A stretch of DNA of 64,000 nt from NCBI GenBank assembly GCA_963678315.1, contig OY782781.1, forward strand, positions 1,312,001-1,376,000, given 5' to 3'. The position numbers and the translations under genes were made by a program. This document shows positions 40,072-50,540 of this stretch, one piece after another (positions within the stretch are counted from its first letter, which is position 1; every line of letters starts with the position of its first letter). Source of the DNA: Candidatus Cloacimonadales bacterium. GTDB taxonomy: Bacteria; Cloacimonadota; Cloacimonadia; Cloacimonadales; JAFGVF01. Below the pieces are notes generated by a model. The model made no database searches and was not told the origin of the DNA. It saw nothing but the letters and a program-made list of their open reading frames with translations.

Positions 40072-41637
40072 ATGAGGTTTGTTTTGAAAAACAAGAGCGA
40101 TTTAATCGTTGAGATGAAAGGAATAAATAAGAGCTTTTTTGGGAATAAAGCTAATGAAGATGTTAATTTCACATTGAAGAAAGGTGAAATACACGCCCTT
40201 CTAGGTGAGAACGGGACAGGGAAGACAACTTTAATGAACATTCTTACTGGAGTATATGAGCCAGATTCTGGTGATATCTTCTACAAAGGGGAAAAGGTTC
40301 ATTATAAGTATCCAGGTCAAGCTTTGGAAATGGGAATAGGCATGGTGCACCAAAGATTCAGTTTAGTAGGTAATCTAACAGTTTTGGAGAATATTATTCT
40401 AGGAAATCCCAAAAATAGTATGTACTTGAATAAGAAGAAAATCTCTAAACAGATTGAAAAATATGTTCAAGAATATAAATTCCAAGTTGAACTAGATGCC
40501 TTAGTAGAAGGACTTCCTATTGGTTTGAAGCAAAAAGCTGAAATACTTAAAATGTTACTTAGAGATGTTGACGTTCTTATCGTTGATGAACCAACTACAG
40601 TTCTTACAAAACAGGAAACAGATAATCTTCTTGTAAATCTTCAGAAAATTGCTGAAGCAGGTAAATCTGTTGTATTTATATCCCATAAGATGAAGGTAGT
40701 TAGACGAATAGCTGACAGAGTAACAGTCCTAAGAAAAGGTAAACTTATTGGAACAGTGAAACCTGAAGAGGTTACTCCTGAAGAATTATCTATGATGATG
40801 GTGGGTAAGCAAGTTGGTCAAGTTCTGAAGAGAAACAAAGAAGTTGAGCAAAGTAAGATTCTTGCAGTAGAAGGCTTGCACGTTCACTCTGATAAGAAAC
40901 TATTAGCAGTAGATTCTCTATCCTTTGAACTCAATCGAGGAGAAATCTTAGGTATAGCAGGTGTTTCTGGAAACGGACAGACTGAACTATCTGAAGCTAT
41001 CTTCGGAACAAGAGAAATCAGAGATGGTAAGATTTGGTTTAAAGAAAAGGTGATAAACAAGCTTTCAGTTAAAGAGAAAATTGCTATGGGAATAAGCTAT
41101 GTGCCTTCTGATAGAATTCATGTTGGAGTGGCAGGTCAAAGGCCTATATGGGAAAATATTGGCATGAAGATATTCAGATACAAAGAATATAATTCATTAC
41201 TAGGATTGAATAGTAAAAAAATGAAGAAATATGCTGAAGAAATAGTAGAAAAGTATAATATTCATCAACCTGGTATTGAGTTCCCTTCATTGTTACTGTC
41301 TGGTGGGAATTTGCAGAAAGTTATTATTGGTAGAGAAATAGAAGCTGAAAGTGATTTATATATCTTTGAATATCCAACAAGAGGACTAGACGTTGGAGCA
41401 ACTGAGTTTGTTAGAAATACTATCTTAGAACTTAGAAACAATGGGAAAGCTGTAATCCTTATATCTGGTGATTTAGATGAGATATTTATGCTGTCAGATA
41501 GAATTGCAGTAATGCACTCAGGTCACTTTGTTTCAACTTTCCCAAATGGAAAATATGATGTAACTCAAATAGGATTAATGATGAGTGGAACATTAGAACA
41601 TGAACTAGCAATTTATAATAGGAGTACAGATGTATAG
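40072..41637 (+). CDS. Nucleoside/sugar ABC ATP-binding protein (two domains)
   Basis: GENGTGKT, DEPT, LSGGNLQK, PTRGLDVGA. Confidence 0.95.
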   Translation: MRFVLKNKSDLIVEMKGINKSFFGNKANEDVNFTLKKGEIHALLGENGTGKTTLMNILTGVYEPDSGDIFYKGEKVHYKYPGQALEMGIGMVHQRFSLVGNLTVLENIILGNPKNSMYLNKKKISKQIEKYVQEYKFQVELDALVEGLPIGLKQKAEILKMLLRDVDVLIVDEPTTVLTKQETDNLLVNLQKIAEAGKSVVFISHKMKVVRRIADRVTVLRKGKLIGTVKPEEVTPEELSMMMVGKQVGQVLKRNKEVEQSKILAVEGLHVHSDKKLLAVDSLSFELNRGEILGIAGVSGNGQTELSEAIFGTREIRDGKIWFKEKVINKLSVKEKIAMGISYVPSDRIHVGVAGQRPIWENIGMKIFRYKEYNSLLGLNSKKMKKYAEEIVEKYNIHQPGIEFPSLLLSGGNLQKVIIGREIEAESDLYIFEYPTRGLDVGATEFVRNTILELRNNGKAVILISGDLDEIFMLSDRIAVMHSGHFVSTFPNGKYDVTQIGLMMSGTLEHELAIYNRSTDV

Positions 41638-42682
41638 AGTGATTTTAGAACAGAAAGAAAGGGTTTCTAAGAATAGAGAACTTCTTTATAATCTAATTGC
41701 AATTCTAGTTGCTTTACTTCTTTCTGGAATTGTGCTTGCCTTTTATGGATTCAATCCATTTACTTCCATAGGTGGAATGTTTAAAACTACATTTGGCTCT
41801 GCTTTTGGATTTAGTGATACAATAATAAAAACTATACCTCTAATCTTTACTGGACTATCAGTAGCTATAGCTCTTAATAGTAAGGTGTGGAATGTTGGAG
41901 CTGAAGGTCAACTATATATAGGTGCTTTGTTTGCTACTTGCTTTGCCTTGTACTTACCGACCTTTCCAAAGATCGTTGAAATTCCTCTCATATTGCTTGC
42001 AAGTATGATTGGTGGTGCTTTATGGGCATTCTTCCCAGCCTTCCTTAAGATGAAGTTTAAGATGAATGAAGTTATATCCACTCTTCTATTAAATTATGTT
42101 GCAATTAGTATCGTTGAGTACTTTGTTTATGGTCCTATGAAAAGACAAGATAACTTTCCTTACTCTGAAGATATTCCCCAAGAAGCTATGTTCAGTAAGA
42201 TAGGTTTTCAGAATGTTCATATAGGTATCATAATTGCTCTCTTACTGGTGGTAATACTATACTATGTACTAAAACATACTCGCTTTGGTTATGAACTAAG
42301 AATAATCGGGTCAAGCATAAAAGCTGCTAATTATGCAGGTATTAACTATGATAGAATGATGCTATTTGTCTTCTTGCTAAGTGGTGCTTTTGCAGGTCTA
42401 GCTGGGGCAAATCAAATATCTGGTATTGAACATAAATTACATTCCCATATCTCTTCTGACTTGGGGTATACTGGTATTATTGTTGCTTGGTTAGCAAGAT
42501 CAAATCCATTTATAATCGTTGCTTTTGCTTTCTTTATGAGCTCACTAATTATTGGTTCAGAAGCGCTAGAGTTTGAAGGTGTTCCGGTAGCTATCGGAAA
42601 AGTAATGCAATCGTTGATTCTCTTCTGTATTCTTGGAAGTGAGTTGTTTAAGAACTATAAAATTAAGGTGAAAAGAGGTTAA
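41630..42682 (+). CDS. Nucleoside ABC permease
   Basis: NVGAEGQ, NEVISTLLLNY, GYTGIIVAWL. Confidence 0.95.
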   Translation: MYRVILEQKERVSKNRELLYNLIAILVALLLSGIVLAFYGFNPFTSIGGMFKTTFGSAFGFSDTIIKTIPLIFTGLSVAIALNSKVWNVGAEGQLYIGALFATCFALYLPTFPKIVEIPLILLASMIGGALWAFFPAFLKMKFKMNEVISTLLLNYVAISIVEYFVYGPMKRQDNFPYSEDIPQEAMFSKIGFQNVHIGIIIALLLVVILYYVLKHTRFGYELRIIGSSIKAANYAGINYDRMMLFVFLLSGAFAGLAGANQISGIEHKLHSHISSDLGYTGIIVAWLARSNPFIIVAFAFFMSSLIIGSEALEFEGVPVAIGKVMQSLILFCILGSELFKNYKIKVKRG

Positions 42683-42683
42683 T

Positions 42684-43628
42684 ATGAGCACTTATGAAAT
42701 TATAGTAACCTTGTTTGTTTCTGCTATAAAAAGTGGAACTATTGTTATCTTCGCGACAGTAGGGGAAATCTACACTGAACGCTCAGGCATTCTTAACTTG
42801 GGTGTAGAGGGTATGATGCTTTTAGGAGCATTAGCAGGCTTTGCAACAGCAGTAATGACTCAGAATATCTTTATAGCCTTCCTTGTTGCTGGAATAGTCG
42901 GTGGACTTGTTTCCTTGATTCATGCCTTTGTGACTATCACTTTGAGAGCTAATCAAGTAGTTTCTGGTTTAGCCATAACAATGTTTGGTGCAGGTCTATC
43001 TTCTTTGCTTGGTGGTGGCTTTGTTAAGATGATTCTTCCTGAATCTGTAAAAGCTTGGACATTACCGATTAATATTCCTCTTCTTAGTAAAATACCCTTC
43101 TTGGGGCAAGTCCTCTTTCAACACAATATCTTTGTTTACTTTGCTTTCTTAGTACCAATACTAGGTTGGTTTATACTCAATAAGACTAAATGGGGATTGG
43201 CAATAAGAGCAACTGGAGAAGAACCCTTAGCCTCTGAAATAATGGGCATAAAAGTAACAAAAGTAAGATACTTATCAACAATGGTTGGTGGAATTCTCTG
43301 TGGTATTTCAGGTGCTTATCTCTCTGTTGTATATTCTTCACTTTGGGGCGATGGAATGACTGCAGGAAAAGGTTGGATTACTATTGCACTTGTTATATTT
43401 GCTAATTGGAGACCTCTACTTGTCTTTGCTGGTGCTTACCTTTTTGGTGGTATGGAAGCTATTATTCCAAGACTGCAAGCATTTGGCGTGGAACTATCTC
43501 CACAGCTACTGAAAGCTGTTCCTTATGTGATGACTATCATCTTCTTATTAGTCATTCAAATGAGAGGAACTCGTTCTAATATGCCTAAGAATATGGGTAA
43601 TGCCTACTTCAGAGAAGGAAGGGATTAA
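42684..43628 (+). CDS. Nucleoside ABC permease
   Basis: ERSGILNLGVEGMM, ANQVVSG, GKGWITIALV. Confidence 0.95.
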   Translation: MSTYEIIVTLFVSAIKSGTIVIFATVGEIYTERSGILNLGVEGMMLLGALAGFATAVMTQNIFIAFLVAGIVGGLVSLIHAFVTITLRANQVVSGLAITMFGAGLSSLLGGGFVKMILPESVKAWTLPINIPLLSKIPFLGQVLFQHNIFVYFAFLVPILGWFILNKTKWGLAIRATGEEPLASEIMGIKVTKVRYLSTMVGGILCGISGAYLSVVYSSLWGDGMTAGKGWITIALVIFANWRPLLVFAGAYLFGGMEAIIPRLQAFGVELSPQLLKAVPYVMTIIFLLVIQMRGTRSNMPKNMGNAYFREGRD

Positions 43629-43657
43629 TAATTACCATAAAATACAATTATAAAACT

Positions 43658-43686
43658 AAAGAGAGTGGAATAAGCCACTCTCTTTT
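43658..43686 (+). terminator. Intrinsic terminator
   Basis: AAAGAGAGTGG-N6-CCACTCTCTTTT. Confidence 0.85.
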
Positions 43687-43755
43687 CAGACTTTTACAAA
43701 AGGCTTAATGGCGAATGTGCTTGTTGGTAAAAATAAGTGTATTGCATTTTGAGAT

Positions 43756-43836
43756 TCGACATAGCTTAGCTAAATCTTTAGCACTCGAAGTATTATAATA
43801 CGTCTTCGACTAAAGTTTTAACTAATCTATTGTCGA
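43756..43836. repeat. 81 bp imperfect palindrome
   Basis: TCGACATAG...CTTTAG...TCGAAGTATTATAATAC...TTCGACTAAAG...CTATTGTCGA. Confidence 0.75.
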
Positions 43837-43926
43837 TTTATTTTTGTAAAAATAAAGCAAAAACATAGAGCCTTGACTTTATCAAGACTCTCTTTTCATT
43901 ATCTATGATTAACTCCACAACTAAAA

Positions 43927-45771
43927 TTAGTTGTTAGAGAAATACCTTTTTCTGTTGCTAAGTAGCATTAAGCTCTTCAGCTCTATCTCATTCTTAGCAT
44001 TCAACCAACCATCTTGGAAATCATCTTCATACACTAAGGAAGCAATAGAAGCAATGTTGCGTAAGTGTTTTATTCTTCTATCCTGAGTACCTCCTAGAAT
44101 AAAGACAGACTTTACACTATGCTCTTTCTCAGTGAACTTTATTCCATGTTTATTCCTAATAATTATTAGGAAGGACTTGTCTTCTCCATCAATCACAATA
44201 TGAGGGATTGCTAGAAAGTCTGATATAGCGAAGTTAGTTTCATTTTGAGCATTAACGAATTTCTGCAAGAGGATCTCAGCTTTCATATCAGTCTTTTCAA
44301 CAAGTGTAGCCACTATAGAAGAAATCATTTCTTCATAGCTAACAGCTTGTTCCATATCAACAATTGTGGCTGACTTAATCAACTTGTCAAAATTATCTTG
44401 TTCAATACTATCTCTATTTATGATTACTTCTCTTAGTTCATCTTCAAGAAGATTTCCTGTTAGCTTGCTATCAACAACTCTTTTCATTAAGTGCAAGAAA
44501 GCATATTCTTTATCCTTAGCTTTACGTCCGTAAATGAAGTAGATTATCATACTAATCACTAGCAAGGATAAACTTATTTCCACAGCTTGCATTCCTATAT
44601 CTGCAATAATTAGGACAAAGGAGATTATAGTAACAATCTGTAACCAAGGATAGAATGGTGTCTTGAAACTTGGTTTGTAATTAACAATTCTGCTTTCCCT
44701 GAATATAACTACTGCAATATTGGTAAGCACATACGATGTAAGAACCACTGTAGAAGCTGCTTTAACTAACATTTCTAAAGGAAGTAATAATGAAACGTAG
44801 ATAAATATACCTGTTAGGATGATAGCTAAAGAAGGAGTTTTAAACTTCTTATTAATCTTAGATATTGAACTAGGAAGTAACTTTTCTCTGCTAAGAGCTA
44901 ATGGGTAGCGAGAAGCTGCCATAATTCCTGCATTGGCTGTTGTAACAAATGCTATTAAAGAAGCAATACTTATAGCCCAGAATCCAGGCTTACCCATGAA
45001 AGTCTTAGCAGAATCAGCTACTGGAGTCAATGACCCACTGAATATCTCAGCCGGCAAAGTTCCTGTGATTATATAGGTCATAACAGTATATATTAAGGTT
45101 ACTACTACTATAGAAGCGATAATTCCAAGAGGTATATTCCTTTTGGGATTGTGTATTTCTTCTGATACATTCACGACTTGAAGTAGTCCCCCATAAGCGA
45201 TAAATACAAATCCAGCAGTTATAATAATTGTGTTTAATCCAGATGAAAATACGTTATTTATTCTAGAACTATCTACATTTGGAAGCCCGTAAACAATATA
45301 TGTAAGCATAAGTAGGAGTAAGCCAATAACCAATATATTCTGGAATGTAACAGCTTCTTTAACTCCAAAGATGTTAATAATCACAAAGATAGTACATAAT
45401 ACTAAGCCCGATATCAATGGACTTATACCAAAGAAGAGAAAGACTATCTCCGATATACCAAATATAGCGAAGGCACTTTTTAGAGATAGTGTAAACCAGC
45501 CAAGGAAGCCTGATATTGTTCCTAGCATTGGTCCAAAGGTTTTATTAATGAAGTAGAAATCACCACCCGATTTAGGCATAGCTGTTGCTAATTCGATAAC
45601 ACTAAGTACGCCCAAAAGTGCTAATATTCCAGCAAGTAAATATGCTAAGAATATTGAAGAACCTGACATTTTAAAAGCTAATCCAGGTAGAATAAATATA
45701 CCTGAACTTATCATTGCTCCAGTTGCAATACTGAAAACTCCAAAGAATCTAATATCTTTTTTTAGTTCCAT
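43927..45771 (-). CDS. APC amino-acid permease fused to a PTS EIIA-like domain
   Basis: GAMISSGIF, ELATAMPKSGG and SEEIHNPKRNIP motifs; about 12 TM segments; C-terminal AIPH domain. Confidence 0.9.
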   Translation of the reverse strand: MELKKDIRFFGVFSIATGAMISSGIFILPGLAFKMSGSSIFLAYLLAGILALLGVLSVIELATAMPKSGGDFYFINKTFGPMLGTISGFLGWFTLSLKSAFAIFGISEIVFLFFGISPLISGLVLCTIFVIINIFGVKEAVTFQNILVIGLLLLMLTYIVYGLPNVDSSRINNVFSSGLNTIIITAGFVFIAYGGLLQVVNVSEEIHNPKRNIPLGIIASIVVVTLIYTVMTYIITGTLPAEIFSGSLTPVADSAKTFMGKPGFWAISIASLIAFVTTANAGIMAASRYPLALSREKLLPSSISKINKKFKTPSLAIILTGIFIYVSLLLPLEMLVKAASTVVLTSYVLTNIAVVIFRESRIVNYKPSFKTPFYPWLQIVTIISFVLIIADIGMQAVEISLSLLVISMIIYFIYGRKAKDKEYAFLHLMKRVVDSKLTGNLLEDELREVIINRDSIEQDNFDKLIKSATIVDMEQAVSYEEMISSIVATLVEKTDMKAEILLQKFVNAQNETNFAISDFLAIPHIVIDGEDKSFLIIIRNKHGIKFTEKEHSVKSVFILGGTQDRRIKHLRNIASIASLVYEDDFQDGWLNAKNEIELKSLMLLSNRKRYFSNN

Positions 45772-45941
45772 ATCTTTACCCTTTTTATTTTACAATATGA
45801 CTAGAAATAAGTTTGTGGCAAATGAAATATAAGGTTATTAACAAAATTACATGATATTAGTAGTAAATATTAGATGAGTATTGACATTATATTAGGATAT
45901 ATATTTAATACATCAAGAATAAAATATTGATTGAGGAAGAT

Positions 45942-47054
45942 ATGAATTATATAATCACAGGTAATACATACAATAGCAAATTTATAGATGAAATAGCTAA
46001 GAATGATGATGTAATTGCAATGAGTGGGGAAGAGCTTGAAAAGAGTGATATCCGATTTAAAAAAGAGGACAAGGTTTATGTTCCTTCAGAAACATCATTA
46101 AGTATAGTAATGGACAGGATTGAAGATAAAGACTATGTTGAAGGCATAAATAAGCTTAAGAATAAATACTTCTGTAGAGAGGTTATTCAACCAATGTACC
46201 CAGACTTTTACTTTGCTAAAGCTACTATAGATCAAATCCCTAAGCTTGACTTAATTGGTAAAAAGGTTGTGATAAAACCATTAAAAGGTTTCTTCGGTAC
46301 AGGTGTCCGTTTTGCTAATGAATCTACTGATTTAACAGAATTAGCTAAAGATATGCAAAAGGAAGTAGAAGAGAATGCTAAATTCTTCCCTGAATCTATC
46401 CTCACCAAGAATGAATACATTATAGAGGAAGAGATTACTGGTGATGAATACGCTGTAGATATGTTCTTCAACAAAGATGGGGAAGTTTGCATCACTAATA
46501 TATATTATCATCCAGAACCAATGATAGCTGATTATTTCCATCTAATGTACTATACTAATGAAAGTATATTTAATGATTATCTCGCTACATTTACAGATTT
46601 CTTTAACAACTTGAATAAAATCATGAAGCTAAAGTCTTTCCCTATTCATGCTGAATTCAAGAAGCAAGATGGTATCATGGTTCCTATTGAACTAAATCCA
46701 ATGAGATATGGTGGTTTTGGTTTATCCGATTTAACTTATAACTCATTCCACTACAAACCAATTTCTGGATATTTCTATGATAATAAAGCTGATTGGACTA
46801 AGATTTGGGCTGAAAGAAAGGACAAGAACTTCGCTTGGATTTTAGGTTATAATGGTAACAGCATCAATGTTAATGAATCTCAACCTATGCATGATGAATA
46901 CATTGAATATTTGAAAGAATACTGCTCCATTATTGACTATGTTGAACTTAATCACCTAGAAAACCCTGTTTTCTCTTTAGCTTATGTTGTGAATAATGAT
47001 TTAAATAGGAAGAAAGAACTTCTAAGTACTGATTTTAATAGATTCTTTAGATAG
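45942..47054 (+). CDS. ATP-grasp domain protein
   Basis: VIKPLKGFFG, IIEEEITGDEYAVD, HAEF, PIELNP.RYGG; probable start at 45942. Confidence 0.88.
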   Translation: MNYIITGNTYNSKFIDEIAKNDDVIAMSGEELEKSDIRFKKEDKVYVPSETSLSIVMDRIEDKDYVEGINKLKNKYFCREVIQPMYPDFYFAKATIDQIPKLDLIGKKVVIKPLKGFFGTGVRFANESTDLTELAKDMQKEVEENAKFFPESILTKNEYIIEEEITGDEYAVDMFFNKDGEVCITNIYYHPEPMIADYFHLMYYTNESIFNDYLATFTDFFNNLNKIMKLKSFPIHAEFKKQDGIMVPIELNPMRYGGFGLSDLTYNSFHYKPISGYFYDNKADWTKIWAERKDKNFAWILGYNGNSINVNESQPMHDEYIEYLKEYCSIIDYVELNHLENPVFSLAYVVNNDLNRKKELLSTDFNRFFR

Positions 47055-47076
47055 TAGTTTTATAGAGAATGATTTT

Positions 47077-47103
47077 AGAGCTTGGGTATATCCTGAGCTC
47101 TTT
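47077..47103. terminator. Hairpin between convergent genes
   Basis: AGAGCTTGGG-TATAT-CCTGAGCTCT. Confidence 0.6.
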
Positions 47104-47761
47104 ATTCGTTTTTTAGCAAGGTAAATTTATCCCCTGAATTATATATTCTCAAATCATATTCTTGATAGGTCTCTTTTTTCTTAAATAGATAGAATTGTCC
47201 TTTACCAGAACACTTATAGTTAACTTGGTCAGTAATCTTTATGGCGATATCATCATCAATCCCAAATGCATAGTTTACTTTATTCTTCTTAGCTTTCTTT
47301 AATAGTTCATTGAATCTATTAAGCTCAGAGAAATGAGGTTTTAGGACAATATCTTCTAGTATTCCATAATTAGTAGCTAGAATTGCCCCAGCTGAAATTC
47401 CTGCATAAGCCACACCATTAAGGAACTTACTTCTAATTATATCTTTGATTTTATCATTATAGTATATTTTTTGGTATGAATGCATGTGACCACCCCACAC
47501 AAGAATTCTACTTGCTTGGCATAGAACTTCAATGTCTTTATCTGCAATTTTGTAAGTATCTCTCTCAGGTGATATCAAGTGAATCTGCTCAACTTTTAAT
47601 TCTGGAGCAAAGGTCAGTATTCTATTAGCAACAGTCTCTTCCATATCTTTATGTTGAATTAGTACTGCTAACGTTATATAATTATCATCGCTAGCTAAGA
47701 AGTCGTGAAACATCTTTGCGGTATATGTATTTAACTGACTAAATAAGTAGATATAAGTCAT
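47102..47761 (-). CDS. Peptidase S51 (peptidase E/cyanophycinase-like)
   Basis: ILVWGG, AGISAGA nucleophile elbow, PHF and GIDD motifs. Confidence 0.85.
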   Translation of the reverse strand: MTYIYLFSQLNTYTAKMFHDFLASDDNYITLAVLIQHKDMEETVANRILTFAPELKVEQIHLISPERDTYKIADKDIEVLCQASRILVWGGHMHSYQKIYYNDKIKDIIRSKFLNGVAYAGISAGAILATNYGILEDIVLKPHFSELNRFNELLKKAKKNKVNYAFGIDDDIAIKITDQVNYKCSGKGQFYLFKKKETYQEYDLRIYNSGDKFTLLKNE

Positions 47762-47772
47762 TATAATCCTTG

Positions 47773-48699
47773 TTAATTTTGTTTTGCAGTTTGAGTAATA
47801 ACTTGCTCTTTATCTTTTCTGCTCAAGAGATAACCGGCTAAAGTTATCAAAGATCCTCCGATAATCAAAGTTCTATTAATGGGAAGATTGAGGAATAAAG
47901 CTTCATTAACTGTAGTAAATAAAACTGTAAAAGTAAAGAGAATACTTGCTGTTGAAGCACTAATGCCAGTTAAAGCAAAGTTCCATAACAAATATGAAAT
48001 TCCAGATTGAAAAATCCCCATTTCCAAGAACCAGAATATTTCTGAACTTGTTGTTGGAATTCTTCCTTGAATGAAAAAGTAGATTGGACTCATCATCACT
48101 GATGATATTAAGAATATCCAAAATAGCAGTTTTATAACTGTGTAGGGATTGCTCTTGTTATCCTTTAATAAATCAGCTGAAAAGTAAATATAACCACCAA
48201 AGGTAATCCCTGTTAGAATACCTAAAACAATACCTAACTGGTATCCATCTCCAAGCTCAGGGAAAGAGCCTTTACCAAATACTATGGTAACTAAACCAAT
48301 CATAGCAATAATTAAGGATATTACCTGTATTTTTGTTGGTAAAAGCTTATCTTTTAAGAAGACTGCAATTAGAACAAACACAGGGGCTAGATTTTCAAGA
48401 ATCATCACTAATGTACCATGCAAGTACTTTAATGTTATATGATATAATAATGAATTAGCACATATTCCTATCAGACTGACTATCATAATTTTCTTGAAGT
48501 TTTTCTTTAACAGATTAAATCCATAGTCCTTTTTTGGAAGAAGAAATAAGGCAAATATGATTGTTCCTATCCAGAATCTTGATACAGCTACATAGCTCAT
48601 GTCAATTCCTTGAACAGCTAAATAGCGACCAGCTGGACCGTGTATTCCCCAAGAAAACAATGCTAAGAAAGCATATATCAGAGCTTTATTTCTAGACAT
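47773..48699 (-). CDS. EamA/DMT family transporter
   Basis: About 10 TM segments in two repeats; SWG and APVFV motifs. Confidence 0.9.
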   Translation of the reverse strand: MSRNKALIYAFLALFSWGIHGPAGRYLAVQGIDMSYVAVSRFWIGTIIFALFLLPKKDYGFNLLKKNFKKIMIVSLIGICANSLLYHITLKYLHGTLVMILENLAPVFVLIAVFLKDKLLPTKIQVISLIIAMIGLVTIVFGKGSFPELGDGYQLGIVLGILTGITFGGYIYFSADLLKDNKSNPYTVIKLLFWIFLISSVMMSPIYFFIQGRIPTTSSEIFWFLEMGIFQSGISYLLWNFALTGISASTASILFTFTVLFTTVNEALFLNLPINRTLIIGGSLITLAGYLLSRKDKEQVITQTAKQN

Positions 48700-48701
48700 A
48701 T

Positions 48702-49889
48702 TTATGTATGAATTAAAATTAAAGGAACAAGCATTTCTTGTGCGTTCAGCCCTGCATGCATAGCCTTGAACTGATGTACATAATTGTTTGTAGAATACCT
48801 AGTATGAATGGAACTAGAACCAATAGCAATGACAAAATAATTACCTAGAGTATCTTCTAGTCTAGAATGAGGTATGCCTCTTCCAAGAAGTTCTTGCTCA
48901 AAGAATTCTTCTCTTGTAAGAAGAAGAAACTGATCTTTTTTATCTTCGAAAAAGCTTAAGAATTCTTCCTTTTTATGGTCTTTCACAAAACATGATATAA
49001 ATCTTGGTTCTGGGAAAGTGGGTAGTATTAGACTATCCCAAAGTTCAGGAACATCATTTGATACAATCTGATTATTAGTGTTCAAAAGACCGTGGTCAGC
49101 TGTTACCATTATCAAGCTTTTAGTACCTTGAAGAGATTGCTTTAATCTTTCAACTTTATTCTGGATGTCTTCAATAATCTTTGTTATCTCAGGATCATCA
49201 ACACCCAGTTTATGCATAGATTTATCAGGTTCTCCAGTATAACAGTAAAACAATTTCTTGCTGTCATTAGCTTTAACAGCTTGAGCAACATATTCTAACC
49301 CTTCACCAAACTCTTCATAAGGACTAACTATAGCAGTATCGCTGGCCATACGAGTATACTTAGAGTTAGTAAGTTTACTAGAAGTAACGTAATGTTGTTC
49401 AACTTCTGGAGCACTTTTATGTATCTTCTTAAAGATTGAATCAAAATGCATAATATCATGTATTTCTGTATAATTGCATGGAAGCATATTCCCTGATGTT
49501 GAGTCCATTAATGGTAAGAAATCAATCATTTTAAAGTAATCCTTAAAATAAATAGTCCAACCAATAATTCCATGCTCTAGTGGAGAAACACCGGATAGAA
49601 ATGAAGATATTGCAGCTGAAGTTGTGCTCGGAAAGACAGAAGTTAATGTCCTTTTTTGATTACTTCTGAATAAAGAATCTTCTGCTAAGTGCTTCTTAAG
49701 AATTTCACTTCCCATACCATCGACAACTAGAAAAACAATATTATCAAACTGTCTGAAATATTCTTTACTTAGCTCTGGTAAGGGTTTATAAGATTGCTCA
49801 TACCCAAATAAATCTAACAATGAAGCAGTAATATTTAGAATACTGTTATCATAGTCTGGGTATACTATTTTATTATTAATGTTACACAT
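48702..49889 (-). CDS. Alkaline phosphatase superfamily (nucleotide pyrophosphatase/phosphodiesterase)
   Basis: VDGMG, SVFPSTT, PDKSMH, TADHG, HAGL. Confidence 0.92.
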   Translation of the reverse strand: MCNINNKIVYPDYDNSILNITASLLDLFGYEQSYKPLPELSKEYFRQFDNIVFLVVDGMGSEILKKHLAEDSLFRSNQKRTLTSVFPSTTSAAISSFLSGVSPLEHGIIGWTIYFKDYFKMIDFLPLMDSTSGNMLPCNYTEIHDIMHFDSIFKKIHKSAPEVEQHYVTSSKLTNSKYTRMASDTAIVSPYEEFGEGLEYVAQAVKANDSKKLFYCYTGEPDKSMHKLGVDDPEITKIIEDIQNKVERLKQSLQGTKSLIMVTADHGLLNTNNQIVSNDVPELWDSLILPTFPEPRFISCFVKDHKKEEFLSFFEDKKDQFLLLTREEFFEQELLGRGIPHSRLEDTLGNYFVIAIGSSSIHTRYSTNNYVHQFKAMHAGLNAQEMLVPLILIHT

Positions 49890-50021
49890 AAATCTCGGTT
49901 CTCCTTAAAAATATAAAATAATATCTAACATATATTAGTCAAATTTTATCTAAAATAAATTTAAATTGACATTTGCAAGTATTCAAACATATTAGATAAA
50001 AAACTAAAGTTTGGAGGAATA

Positions 50022-50522
50022 ATGACCAAAGTTATATTCGAAACATCACACGGCAACTTCTCAATTGAGATGTATGAAGCTAAAGCTCCTACAACCGTAG
50101 AGAACTTTCTTAATTATGTGAAAAGTGGATTCTATAATGGAATAATTTTTCATAGAATTATCGATGGATTTATGGTGCAAGCAGGTGGCTATGATTCTGA
50201 ATGGAATTATAAAGAAAGTGATTCTACTATCAAAAATGAAGCTGATAATATGCTTAGCAATGAAATAGGCACTATTGCCATGGCAAGAACTAATGATCCT
50301 CATTCTGCATCATCACAGTTCTTTATCAATGTGGCTAATAATACTTTTTTAAACTACCAAAATAAAAGCAATTGGGGCTATTGTGTTTTTGGAAAAGTTG
50401 TTGAGGGAATGGAAGTAGTTAACAAAATCAAAGAAGTTGATACTTTTGTAAATCCTATGACTAGAATGCAAGATTGGCCAAAAGATAACGTTGTAATAGA
50501 GAAAGCTTACATAGCTGAATAA
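50022..50522 (+). CDS. ppiB: Cyclophilin-type peptidyl-prolyl isomerase
   Basis: FHRIIDGFMVQAGG, AMARTNDPHSASSQFFIN, YCVFGKV. Confidence 0.95.
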   Translation: MTKVIFETSHGNFSIEMYEAKAPTTVENFLNYVKSGFYNGIIFHRIIDGFMVQAGGYDSEWNYKESDSTIKNEADNMLSNEIGTIAMARTNDPHSASSQFFINVANNTFLNYQNKSNWGYCVFGKVVEGMEVVNKIKEVDTFVNPMTRMQDWPKDNVVIEKAYIAE

Positions 50523-50540
50523 GTAGCTTGCTATACTTCT

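Noticed and set aside
43756..43836. Integron attC site
   Set aside because: Lacks RYYYAAC/GTTRRRY ends; no integrase or cassette array
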